DNA from: Camelus dromedarius
Lineage: Eukaryota
NCBI RefSeq assembly: GCF_036321535.1
Contig: NC_087436.1
Span: 90,894,001 to 90,958,000, forward strand
Length of the DNA: 64,000 nucleotides
Direction of reading: 5' to 3'
The position numbers and the translations under genes were made by a program. The notes beneath the pieces are model-generated. The model did not search any database, was not told the origin of the DNA, and saw only the letters and a program-made list of their open reading frames with translations. Numbering within the stretch: position 1 is the stretch's first letter; each line of letters begins with the position of its first letter. Shown here piece after piece: positions 1-11,750 of the stretch.

Positions 1-665
1 TCTGCATTTAGCATATTAAACAAAGAGAAAGAAAACACAGGTAACATTTTTTTTTATAGCTTCACATGCTTCTCCTCTTTGGCAGTGGTTTTTCTAGTAG
101 CCTCAATTCATTTTTAAACTCCAAAAAAAAATACCAAGGACAGGTGAGCCTATAATCTTGCATCACAAGCCAGTGAATTTACTTGGAACAAAGTTTTTAG
201 TATAGGCTGGTTGTGTTTTGTGATGCGAGGCTATAGAAGTGTCCCTGACACAGTCAACTCTCCCTTTCTTGGAGAATGGAAGCCTTCAGTAGCTGAGGTA
301 GTTAGTCTACAGCTGTGCTCCTTCGGAGACATTAACACTGTAACCCTTAATACACTGTCTTATGCCTGGACTAACCTCTGAAGCAATCTCTGTGACAGGA
401 GGCACCAAGTTACCACGATAAGCTAAAACAACTCTGGAGGATGTAAAAAGATTAACACCCCATTCCCGTCTCCCCAGACTGCCTGGCTGGCACATTATGT
501 TCTGAGAAATGAGCTGGGAAAACAACCATAACTTGTAATAAATTTTCAATGAATGAATGGAAAATCCACCAGGTACCACTAAATAAATAATTGTATTTAT
601 CTGGGCAATATTTTTAACCAATTTATTTTGGAAGGTACTCTGCTTTCTAAATTTCTGAACAGATT

Positions 666-1310
666 ATTTTTTTCTTTTTTAATTGAGGTAAAATACACAG
701 ACATAAGATTTACCATTTTAACCATTTCAAGCCTCCAATTCCGTGGGATTAAATACATTCACAATACTGTACAACCATCACTCCTATCCATTTCTAGAAC
801 TTTATACTTTGTACTCATTAAACGGAAACTCCCCATTTTCCCCTTCTCCCAGCCTCTGATAACCTCCGTTATACTTTCTACCTCTATAAATCTGCCTATT
901 CTATGTAGCTCTTGTAAGTGGAATAATGTAATAGTTTTTAATCTGGCTTATTCCAAATTGCACAATGTTTTCCAGGTTTTGTCTATGTTGTAGCATGTAT
1001 CAGAATTCCACTCCTTTTTAGGCTGAATCATAGTCCATTGTATGTATATATCCAATTTTGTTTATCCATTCATTTAGTGATGGATATTTGAGTTGTTTCC
1101 ATTTTTTTTTGGTTATTGTGAATAATGTTGCTACGAATGTTGGTGCACATGTATCTGTTTTGGTTCCTGTTTTCAATTCTTTTGGGTTTATACGTAGACG
1201 TGGAATTGCCGGACCACATAGTAATTCTATGCTTGACTTTTTGAGGACCTGCCATTTTGTTTTCCATAGTCGCTGTGCCATTTTACATTCCTATCAGCAA
1301 TGCACAAGAG
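666..1310 (-). mobile_element. Old L1 (L1MA/L1MB-like) 3' end: ORF2 C-terminal region and 3' UTR
   Basis: T-rich tail at the left end, then typical antisense L1 3' UTR; minus-strand ORF 1018..1281 (IELLCGPAIPRLRINPKELKT...FVATLFTITKK.WKQLKYPS..EWINK) matches the L1 ORF2 C-terminus. Confidence 0.85.
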
Positions 1311-1337
1311 ACCCAACTGTGCTTTACTTTTTAAATC

Positions 1338-1396
1338 TCACTCTCTCTTGCTGTCTCTCTCTCACACACACAACACACGCACACACACATACACAC
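1338..1396. repeat. Compound (CT)n/(CA)n microsatellite
   Basis: ctctctc...cacacacacaacacacgcacacacacatacacac. Confidence 0.85.
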
Positions 1397-2016
1397 GAAG
1401 ACACAAACTTTCTTTGCCAAGCATTTTTGGAACATATTATCAGCATGATGCCAGGTGAGTCAAGAAAAAAATAAGCATTGTCAAACATTCTTTGTACAAA
1501 AAAAAAAAAAAAAAAAAAAAGTCCTGATAATACTAAGCAGTCACTGGCTATTCTGAAATTAAAATTTCATGTTAATTGCTTTGTATAAAAGAATATATTG
1601 TGTATCTGTCTAAATCATTTGCATCTGTAGGATCTATGTCTTTGTTTTATTCTTGTACATACTATTTTTGGATCCTCAGAATATAAAAAATGGAGTGTAT
1701 CAATAAGCATTAGTAAGTATGCCTTAGTGAACAGAATGCAAATACTGTGATCTATTTTAGTTACAATATGTGACAATACCAGGAAAGACAAAAACAATAT
1801 AATTATTATAGCTACAACTATTTTAAAATACTTACTATGTGGTAAAAACTGGGGTAAGTGCTAAATAGACATTATCTGTGAATTTGAGACTGTTATACCT
1901 ATGCTAAGAATAAAGAAACTGAGACTCAAAGATGTTGGGGGAATTTGCTTCAAGTAAAAGAGTAAGTATGTGTCAGATTCAGACTAATCCTGGTCTTAAC
2001 TAGTTCAGTATGAAAA

Positions 2017-2350
2017 ACACTTATATGTGGAATCTAAAAAAAATGACACAAGTGAGCAGAAACAGAATCACAGATATGGAAAACAAACTTATGGTTACTG
2101 TGGGGAAAGGGGAGGGTTGGAGGGTTAAACTGGGATTTCCCGATTTGCAGATACTAACTACTACATATAAAACAGATAAACAACAAGGTCCTACTGTATA
2201 GCCCAGGGAAATATATTCAATACTTTGTAATAGCCTATAATGAAAAAGAATATGAAAATGAATATAGATAAATATATATATGAATCACTATGATGTTCAC
2301 CAGAAATCAACACAATATTGTAAACCAACTACACTTCAATTAAAAAAAAA
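2017..2350 (+). mobile_element. 5'-truncated artiodactyl/camelid-type L1 3' end
   Basis: cacttatatgtggaatctaaaa...aacaaggtcctactgtatagc...actacacttcaattaaaaaaaaa; same sequence type recurs at 3667, 15475, 24015 and 50517. Confidence 0.85.
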
Positions 2351-3119
2351 CGCATTTATTTTGACAGTGTTTGGTAATGCTTAAACATAGAATGCTTACT
2401 AAAAGAGGAAATATTAAGAAATAATTTTCAAGTTTCACCCTAACTCCTGACAGTAATTGACAATGCCTGAGTGCTTCCACACATAGTTCAGAACAGCTGG
2501 AACAGAGTTATATTGCTATTATTTATCAACTTAGAATGTTATTATCACTTACTTTTGGGATATTGCATACCTCCCCAGAATATTGTTTATCTGTATTTGT
2601 TTAATATATAAAAGTTTAATTCTTTCCAATTATGACTGACTACAAAGCCCAGCAGAATTGGAACTAGAACTGTTAATCAACTTTAGGAATTTCAGGAAGT
2701 TTAGCAGAAAGCTATCTGAAAATTTTTTCTGCAAATAATAAAATCTTTTTGCTTCACATTTTACTAAGACTAAATTCACAAATCTGTTACCTATAATCCA
2801 GGAGATCACTCAGGGTTTATGGCCACCACTACTAACTTACTCACTCTCCTCCAGGTTTACTGGACTCCATTGCTGTTGCTTTAACACACCAAGCAAACTC
2901 CACCTCAGGACATTTGCACTTTCTGTCTTCTACTTCACTTCAAATCCTATTTTTCCTAGTATCTACATGGTTCACTCCTTAGTTACTTTCAGTTATTGAT
3001 CAAATGTCACCTTCCGGACAACTATCTAAAAAATAGCACCTTCTAGCCCCCCATCTCCACCAGTCACCTTGTTTTTACCTTCCTTTATTCATATTTACAA
3101 TTGTTTATTCATCTTTAAA

Positions 3120-3660
3120 ACTGTTGTTCAACAGCCATTCTGGGCTGTTGGATGCACTATGGGCAAGGTGTACAATACCTGTTCAGTGCAGTTCTTGGGT
3201 AGTTTCTCCTATTTATTTATGCCCATCCCCAGGCAATTTACATTGTTTGACAATTACCACTCGTCCCTTGGGTGGTAGACTTACTGGCTCCCAGTTGGCA
3301 TTTCCTCTGAGCGCTGGTTTGATTACTTTAACCTGGAGGTAGAATTTACCAATAGAGGTTGGCAGAATTTGACCTTGTAGGATGTCAGTACCCAATATGT
3401 TCTCTGATATTAGAGAGATAAAAACTGTACACTCATTGAGAAAAAACACCCAATTTGCAGTGTCATAGGGACCTTACTGACTATAACTGTCTACCCTCTG
3501 TAACCATCAGTGGCACTGAGAGGGCCAGAAAAAGTTCTGAGGGTTACATGTATTAGATTACATTTGGCTCCAGTGTCAACCAAAGACTTTTATTTCTGGG
3601 GGACAGTGAAAAGTGAGCTCAACATGGGGCCTCCAGTCACCTCCAATGGCCCTCACCTGG
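3120..3660 (-). mobile_element. Decayed class III (ERV-L-like) endogenous retrovirus protease / RT N-terminus fragment
   Basis: Minus-strand translation: GGDWRPHVELTFH, aspartic protease motif LVDTGA (3566-3583), ENILGTDILQG...WEPVSLPP...VKQCKLPG, then GIVHLAHSASNSPEW (RT start, SPFNSPxW-like); contains stops and frameshifts. Confidence 0.75.
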
Positions 3661-3666
3661 AGGTGA

Positions 3667-4721
3667 TCTTTTTTTAAAAATTTTTTTCTTATATTTTATT
3701 GAAGTGTAGTCAATTTATGATGTTAGTTTCAGGTGTACAGCAAAGCAATTCAGTTACACATATACATACATAGATTTTTTTTTTAGTTTCTTTTCCATTA
3801 TGACTCATTACAAGAAATTAAATATAGTTTCCTGTGCTATACAGTAGGTCCCTGTTGTTTATCTATTTCATATATAGTAATGTGCATCTGTTAATCCCAA
3901 ACTTCTAATCTATCCCTAGCCACCCCTTTTCCCTCCTGGTAGCCACAGTTTGTTTTCTATGTTTGTGAGTCTATTTCTGGTTTGTACATAAAATTTGCAA
4001 TTTTTTTTTAGATTCCATATATAAGTGACATTATAGGATATTTGTGTTTCTCTGTCTGGCTTACTTCACTTAGTATGATAATCTCTAGGTTCATCCATGT
4101 TGCTGCAAATGGCATTATTTCATTCTTTTTTTTACGGCTGAGTAGTATTCCATTGTATAAATATACTACAACTTCTTTATCCAGTCATCTGTTGATGGAC
4201 ATTTAGCTTGCTTCCATGTCTTGGCTATTGTATACAGTAAGGCTGGGAACATTCGGGTGCATGTATCTTTTCAAGTTCTAGATTTCTCCAGATATATGCC
4301 CAGGAGTGGAATTGCTGGATCACATAGCAAGTTTAATTTTAGTTTTTTAAGGAAACTCCAAGTAATCAAAACAGCATGGTATTGGTACAAAAATAGACAT
4401 ATGGATCAATGAAACAGAATAGAGAGCCCAGAAATAAACCCACAAACTTTTGGTCAATTAATCTTTGACAAAGGAGGCAAGTACATACAATGGAGTAAAG
4501 ACAGTCTCTTCAGCAAATGGTGTTAGGAAAACTAGACAGCTGCATGTAAATAAATGAAGTTATAATACTCCCTCATACCACACACAAAAAAAAAACCTCA
4601 AAATGGCTTAAAGATTTAAACATAAGACAAGACACTATTAAGGAACCTCCATAGAGGCTGCACCAATTTACATTCCCACCAACAGTGTAGGGGGGTTCCT
4701 TTTTCGCCGCACCCTCTCCAG
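3667..4721 (-). mobile_element. Artiodactyl/camelid-type L1 3' portion, interrupted by a nested + strand L1 fragment
   Basis: T-rich tail at ~3667-3700; antisense 3' UTR/ORF2 (catccatgttgctgcaaatggc, cccaggagtggaattgctgg); resumes at 4640 (aaggaacctcca...ttacattcccaccaacagtg). Confidence 0.85.
4361..4639 (+). mobile_element. Internal L1 ORF2 fragment without poly(A), flanked by a direct repeat
   Basis: Encodes VIKTAWYWYKNRHMDQ...; flanked by aaggaaactcca (4349-4360) and aaggaacctcca (4640-4651). Confidence 0.8.
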
Positions 4722-4810
4722 CCTCTTTCTTGGGTCTCTCTTTGCCTTCCGTATACAGGGTCCAATTTCAAATTTCACTCTGAGAATTCTTGAAGTTGTG
4801 AACCAACAAT

Positions 4811-4828
4811 TGGCAAGCCAGCCAGGAG
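4811..4828 (+). other. Retroviral primer-binding site complementary to the tRNA-Arg(ACG) 3' end
   Basis: TGGCAAGCCAGCCAGGAG is 17/18 identical to TGGCGAGCCAGCCAGGAG (reverse complement of the tRNA-Arg-ACG 3' 18 nt including CCA); the mismatch is a CpG-decay change. Confidence 0.7.
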
Positions 4829-5355
4829 ACTGAAGAAATGAGACTCTGAAAAGAGGCATCTGTGTTGGAAACCCTGGGTTGGCCATTGACATCTAAGTGG
4901 GTGAGGGCTCACCCATATGTGAGATGCTTGTGGACTGTGGAGTGAGTACCAAGATGCCCTGAAAATGCAGGCCAGTTGGAAGAAGTGCACAGGGTGCACT
5001 GCGGCAAAGAAGGGAGACAAATGACTGTGCAGGGGCTGGCATCTACTGTGGGCAGGTTGGCTAGACGCTGATGCTCAACTGGAGGCAGAGGCTCATGCTA
5101 GAAAGTCAAAAAAAAGAGCTGAGGTTAGAGAAGGATGTGTGGTTGTCCACTGCTCTGCTAGCTTCAGGGCTGGCAGTCAAGTTGGGAGAGCGACAATACA
5201 TATTATAATGTAATATATTATATTTTAATGTTTACGATTCGTGTCATTGTATTAGAATAAGAGACTTTATTGTGTTCACTTCGGTATTCTCATTACTTAG
5301 AAAGTACCTAGCCCTCAATAAATATTTGTTTAAAGGAGGACAGAAAAAAGTAGGT

Positions 5356-5446
5356 TGTGCTCTACATTGGAATTTGACACAACATTGTAAGATGACTATA
5401 ATTCAATAAAAAAAAATGTAAAAAAAAAAAAAAGAAAAAGAAAAAA
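5356..5446 (+). mobile_element. Very short L1 3' terminus with A-rich tail
   Basis: tgctctacattggaatttgacacaacattgtaagatgactataattcaataaaaaaaaatgt followed by poly(A); flanks share aagtagg. Confidence 0.7.
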
Positions 5447-7607
5447 GGAAGTAGGAATAGAGGGTGGATAAAAGCTATTTCATTGATATCCAGGGAAAGC
5501 AACATACAGTATCCTGAAATCCAGCAATTAGTAGTGCTAACAGATTTTACTGAAGGATTAGATATTTGAATCCAGACATTCCTTTAGGTTTATGAAGTGC
5601 CATTTAATATTTTCCAGCAAAACTGTGTTTGAAAGATGATTTGGATGAGCAGGAAAGACCATGCAAGGGAAGACAAATTAGCAGCATGGGAGAAGTAAAA
5701 CAATGAAAAGCAACAGGAGAGGCACATCAGGTGGCCAACAGTATGTCCAAGACTCCTGCAGCCTCCACCCAACCTTAGCAGGACCGTGGCCATATTGAAG
5801 GATTTCCTCAAAGCCTCCTTTGGGCTATAACTATGAACTCTTAACTGGAAGGTCTCTCCAGAAATAGATGGTAAATGTGGATTTCTCATTCAAAGATTCG
5901 TAGTGGATCCAATTTTCAGGCACAACTAAAGGCATAAGCATAGGTTCTGGATATAAAACAGAGCTCTCCCCTTCCCCACTTCCACTACAATGATGCTAAA
6001 CCCTGTGTGAGGAAAATGTGCTGGGTGACGGTCATCAGTGCTAAGAGTGGAAGTTCACAGCTCACCTACAAAAGACTGAAACACAAGTCACTGTTCTGTG
6101 TGTTCTACAACAGTGTAAAAACATCTCTTGCTTCTCTTCAGAATAAGAAATAATTGTTTACCAAAAAGGCTACAAGGATCACTTTCTGAGTGGCTGCATT
6201 CAAAATACCTAGCTTGTCCCCTAAACATTCTAATTAAGCTGAGCCTAGGGCTACAAACCAAGAGCAGGAGGCTCTTTGCAGACGGACCTACAGGCTCAGC
6301 AGCAGCCCACGCTGAAGCTTGAAGCTCCAGCTCCCTCCGTCTCTTTCCCAAGAGAACCTCTGTCCCTCCTAACGTGCTCAGGCATCTGTGCAGGAGGCCT
6401 TGTCACCGTTACTCAGCGTGGTCACATGAGCAGGCAAACGGGCCAACACTGTGAAGTCCAGTCTCAAAGGTGCTCATGGTTCTTCCCGGTGAGCTTTATT
6501 TACTCTTAGAAGTTCTGCTTAAACTTACCACTCAAACTTAAATCTTTAAGACACCTAGACTTCATTTTTGTGTATGGTGTAAAGAAGAGGTTAAATTCAT
6601 TTTTTGTTTTTAGATATCCAAATTTTTGTTTTCTGTATGGATAACCGCAAGTTCAATGATACCACCTTCTCTCAAGCCCTACGTTACTTATGGCCATTGT
6701 AAATCTATTTCAAAGTAGACAATATTTTCTCTGTGTTCAGCGGTGTTACCAAACTAATAGCGTCATGTTTGTCTCTAATTTTCTAAGGACAGTTAGATAT
6801 ACATGAACTGCAAAAACTTACGATGATCCCATAAACAAGGGATACTTGGAAGGAAGCCTATGGCCTGGCTTGTGTAGACATGTGTATCATCTCTGCATTA
6901 TTCCATACAGAGACTGTTAGGTCTTAGAGCAAGGTCTGCAATGGCCTGGTTAACTTCTGCTGGGCAGGAGAAATTGTTACATGTCCAGAACAAAGAATTA
7001 CAGGTTTTCACAAGATACAAGAAGAACCAGTTGCATGTGCTGAGACATGGCTTCCCAACGGACTCTGAGAGAAAGGAAGGAGTAGGTACTTCAGGTGAAA
7101 AGTAGGTATCAGAGCTGTGTTAAGTTTGTTGACAGAGGAAGGGCAAAGAAAACCCAGAGGCTAACCACCCTGAAAATCTACATATTTGAACATACCTACA
7201 TATTTGAAATCAAGAATGTCTTGGCAGATAACTGGCCTTCACCCAGATGGAGCCTAAGACCAAGACTAGATCCTATGAAATGGTTTGTGGGGTGAGGAGG
7301 TGTTTAACTCTCACCATTCTTCAAGCTACCTTCTCTGGATTCACTACCTCCACTTCTACCCCATTTTAACTCCAGCTGAGATAAAGCCTTCTCCTCTGTA
7401 CTTCCATTATCCTCCATGGGTCCCCTGTCAGACCTCAGCACACCTTCTAGTATTAGCTGTTTGCCTCCCCTTCCCCCAAGATTACCACTGTAAGCACATG
7501 TAGCACTAGATTACGAGGGCCTTGAGGACATGCACTGTATCTTTTATCTCTGTATCCCAAAGATCAACACAGTACTTGGCATGTTAGATACTAGGTCATT
7601 CTCTGCA

Positions 7608-7641
7608 AATGGATGGATGGATGGATGGATGGATGGATGAT
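7608..7641. repeat. (GGAT)n tetranucleotide microsatellite at the end of an L2 remnant
   Basis: atggatggatggatggatggatggatggatgat. Confidence 0.9.
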
Positions 7642-8030
7642 GTCTTAGCCAAGGCTCCCATGACAAAAGGTAGCTTAAACCAGAGAACTTAATTTTCATA
7701 TATTTCTGGGGGCTGGAAGTCCAAGATCAAGGTGTCAGTAGGTTTCTTTTCTTCCCAGGCCTCTCTCTCTGGTTTGCAAATGGTCACCTTTCTTGCTTTG
7801 TCCTCACATGGTCTTTCCTCTGGGCATGGACACCGCGGTGTCTCTACGTATGTCCAAATTTCCCTTCCTATAAAGACACTGGTTAGATTGGGTTAAGGCC
7901 CTCACTAATGACCTTATGTTAACTTCACTGTCTCCTTAAAGGCCCTATCTAAATACAGTTACATTCTGAGTTACTGGGAGTTGAGGTGTCAACATAAGAA
8001 CTTCGTGTGGACACAATGCAGCCCATAATA
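7641..8030 (-). mobile_element. MaLR solo LTR (MLT1A/B-like)
   Basis: ggctggaagtccaagatcaaggtgtcag, gtcctcacatggtc, acagttacattctgag, and terminal gacacaatgcagcccataata are typical of antisense MLT1. Confidence 0.8.
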
Positions 8031-8234
8031 GACGGCGCGGTAAGACAGTCTACCCATCCAGGGTTGCCAACACAAGAAAACACCCAGAGCAGAATGCTGT
8101 GAACTGAACCTGGTGTAAAAGAGAATTTCTGAAACGCCAAAAAGGGGTAGGTAATACTACTTGTTTTAATTCGCAAGGTGTTATAAAAAAATTTAATGTG
8201 TAAAATTCCTTTTAGAGTGTGCTACAAACACTAG

Positions 8235-8268
8235 TGTTTGTGTGTGTGTGTATGTGTGTGTGTGTGTT
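8235..8268. repeat. (TG)n microsatellite
   Basis: tgtttgtgtgtgtgtgtatgtgtgtgtgtgtgt. Confidence 0.85.
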
Positions 8269-9575
8269 TTAATCATTGATGGATCTGAGGCACGGGACTG
8301 GGGGGACACTGGCTCTAATGCTGGAGATGAAAACAGCACCAGGCCTGGAATGGGAGGGTGAGGGGTTCATGAGAGTGAACCTTTCTTGGCTGCAAGCTGG
8401 GAAAGAAAAAGAATCCAACAGCTCCTGGGCCAGGAATCTTTACTCTTTTGGATCAATCAGCACCAACTGAATAATTGCAAAAAAACCACACATTGATAAA
8501 ATAATAATTTGTTAAGTAAAACTGATGAAAAACACATTCACCTGACCTAAAATGGTATAAACATTCCAGGGTGGCAGTGCCCTCCACACCTCTGAAAAAG
8601 AAAATCTTCCAGCGATATTCACTTCATTCTGCTGTCGTAAAATGTTAGGTACCACAAAAACATAGTACTTTTGTTTTGCTCTCTTGAAATGTGTCTACCA
8701 TGGAGATGAAAGAGGAAAAATAGTTTTATTCCCTTTCATCTGAAACCTTTAAAGTCTGACAGATACTGACAAGTGCTCTTAGAAAGACAGGCAGAAGGAA
8801 CTATTGAAATCATGAAGAGCCTTCCACCTTCACTTCACAAAGGGAAAAACTGGGCGTAAGAGAGTAGGTCAGGTCCCTGGCCAGGGAATAAAAGAGCCAG
8901 AATAGAACCCAGCCCTCTTACCTGGGCACACTCCCTCCATTTCCCTGCCCCCGTCTCCTCCATCATTCTCTGGGAACTTGGAAAGCATCCAGTCCATAAC
9001 TGCCTCGAACTGGTAAAGCACTTTCAAGTCTCCTAAAATACACACACAGCTATTTTGAACATAATTACTATTCAGTTATCTCTGAGCAAAATCTCTAGAA
9101 AATTCACTGGCTCTGTGAAATCACTTAATTCACAAAGGATGATATTTTAGTCCCTAGGAACCCCGTTTAAATTTAGACTTTTCCAGCAGCAATGTTTCTT
9201 TAAATTGTAAACCACACACTACAGTCGTCTAGTTACATCACTTAATCTTCAAGAAACAAGTTTTTCAAAATATAGATCAATAGTGACCTCCAGCGGCAAA
9301 ACCTGTTAGTATCTGCAAACGGAAGAAATAGAGTTTTGACTAATAGTTGAATATTAGTGTCAAGTGAACATACCTTCACTAAAATAAAATTAAGGAAAAG
9401 CAACTGGATGATTCTATCCCATGAACTACCTCTCATGAAAAGTGGAAAGTTATTGTCTAATTTTGTGCTATTAAATACATGCTGCTGTTTAATTCTAATG
9501 GTAGTAACACTCTTTTCAATTTCAGTATGCTCTGAAAAATTAATTAATTTGAAAATTGATTTAAAAACCATAACT

Positions 9576-9670
9576 GGGGGGGGGGTGATAGCTTAGTGGT
9601 AGAGCTCATGCTTAACATGCACGTGGTCTTGGGTTCAACCCCCAGTACCTCCACTGAAAAAATAATAAAT
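9576..9670 (+). mobile_element. tRNA-derived SINE resembling camelid vic-1
   Basis: G-run start, Pol III A box (tagcttagtgg), B box (ggttcaacccc), A-rich tail; imperfect 13-bp TSD aaaaaccataact (9563-9575) / aaaagccttaact (9671-9683). Confidence 0.85.
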
Positions 9671-11274
9671 AAAAGCCTTAACTATAAACATATAGGGTTT
9701 TTTTTTTAATAGTTGACCTCAGACTACATTTTCATGTTAATGCTACTTCAGCAAAGTCCAGTCAGAACACAATCCGTATGTCTAGGCTTACAGACGGACA
9801 GAGTGTGTTTAGCGAGGAAGAGACTGGTAGTGAGTAAAATGATTATTTCCTTGCTAAATAAATATTGCCATTCTAAGAATGTAAGCTGTGGCTATGAAGA
9901 CTCCCCAGTTTCTTAAATATTATAACGCCTATAATTTCCTTCATACTATGTCATAACTGAAAGTAAAACTTTAGAGTCTTACCTTTACTGATCTCATAAA
10001 ACAGCTCTAAATGTTTCCTCCTATAAAGCCATAAAAACTAAGTCGCCCTGGAGCTCTCAGTGAAATAATTCAGGATTCACATGTTCACATTTTCAAACAA
10101 AACATCTGGTGGACTTGTTCATGACATCAGCCAGGCCACCACTGAATCTGACTGCCTGGTCTTAATTTTAATAGTCCAAGCTTCTATTTTGTAAGAAGTC
10201 ACTTTGTACTTTCTCATTACTTCCATCACCAGCAAAAACACTTCATTTCATTCTCAGGTCCATTCTCAACACAATATAAATCCATTAAATTCGTGTGTAT
10301 GTGTTTGTGTGTGCATAATTTACAAATATCAGAGATCTTCTGTACTCTATGAAAATTCTTTGAATTATTGCTAGGGTTTAAAATATACATCAAAACGTAC
10401 ATTTATAGAGAGACAGTCTCTCTGAAAATCACACTGCACTTGCAGTCTACAAGAACTAACTCTCATGTAGGGTAATTGAGGTAGCAACACACTTTGAAAG
10501 CAAACTCTAGGTAATATATACATAAACTGATTTACGGAACAGAAAAGGCAAGCTATGGGATCAACTGAAGCTGAATATTTAAAGTTTTTGCTGTGATGTC
10601 TGTAAAACATCGGAAAATGAATCCTGACTTTGACAGTAAGTTGTTTACTCTCTACGGTTCACAAGGACTCAGACTGTGTATGGGAAGGGACAGGTCATTT
10701 GCATGCAAGGACCCATTTACAAATTAACTAATTAAATTTCATTTTGGAAAATCTAACAATCTGCTACTTGGAGTTTTTCACTTTTGGACTTCTGTTTCCA
10801 ACTAAATGGTTTCCTCATTAAGCTAATTATCATTAGCTTCCCTGGGATGTTAGCATAACAAAAGGATGAATGAAATACATGGACAGATGATTTAACTTTA
10901 AGATTATATTCAGAATAAATTATCCCACCTTTGATGTTCTAGCTCCTCTACAGGACCGATACCCAATAACTGGCAAATAGAGCCAGAATATACAAATACG
11001 TTACTCTCCCATTTAATCTAAGACTATACTACTGCATGCTAGTGAAGTATGTTTATTAAATGCCTGTAAAGGTGACACTATATTGACTATAACTTTTTAT
11101 TCAGGAGCATTTCTATGCTTAGTAATAACTAAAATCCATATTAATAAACTGGAGGCCCTGAAACATTCCTCTATATGATCAATGAAAGATTAACTATAAT
11201 GTTTATTAGTTTTCTGTTAACTAGATAATACAAATAACAGTAACATAAGTAGCAACGGTGGTGGCAGCAGCAAT

Positions 11275-11430
11275 AGCAGAATATATTTATTGAGTGCTAT
11301 GTGCTGGTCATTTTTCTAATGTCTTTACAGTCATTACCTTGTCTATAACACAATCCTATGAGGTAAAGATGAGAAAAAATAAGCTCAGCAAGATTATAGA
11401 CCATGGTCACATAGACTTGAGAGGTAGAGA
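11275..11430 (-). mobile_element. MIR SINE
   Basis: atttattgagtgctatgtgc...caatcctatgaggta...ggtcacatag...ggtagag follows the antisense MIR consensus. Confidence 0.7.
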
Positions 11431-11698
11431 CTACAAGATGAAGGTCACAAAGGTGTTACGTGGTAGAGGTAGGTCATGACTCCAAGTCACACAAATGGTC
11501 CATGGTAGAGATTATGTGTCCAGAGTCCACAGGAAATAAACGTCAGAGGTTAGTTAAGGTCAGAAGGGTGGTAAGTAGTAGAAAGCATGTGTTCAAGATC
11601 TCGTCAGTGGTTAAGTGGTAAAAGTTAGGTGTTCCAGGTCAGATGGGTGATGAGTGGTACAGGTCATCTTCTAAGATCACACAGGTAGTGACAATGGC
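11402..11698. repeat. Degenerate tandem array, ~8 copies of a ~39-bp MIR-core-derived unit
   Basis: Unit starts (aaggtcac-like) at 11403, 11441, 11483, 11522, 11556, 11595, 11635, 11673; most are followed by a gtggtag-like motif. Confidence 0.7.
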
Positions 11699-11750
11699 TC
11701 TCCAGCCTCCCCTATCTCATTAGTAAGCTGAAAGCTTTGAAGGTGGTGAT

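Noticed and set aside
1498..1520. A23 run as the tail of a processed pseudogene
   Set aside because: No recognisable upstream mRNA-like body or TSD.
9576..9655. tRNA gene
   Set aside because: A and B boxes are present, but the G-run start, A-rich tail and TSD show a SINE; no proper acceptor stem.
11402..11698. CRISPR-like repeat-spacer array
   Set aside because: Units are degenerate over their whole length and derive from a MIR core; the context is mammalian with no cas genes.
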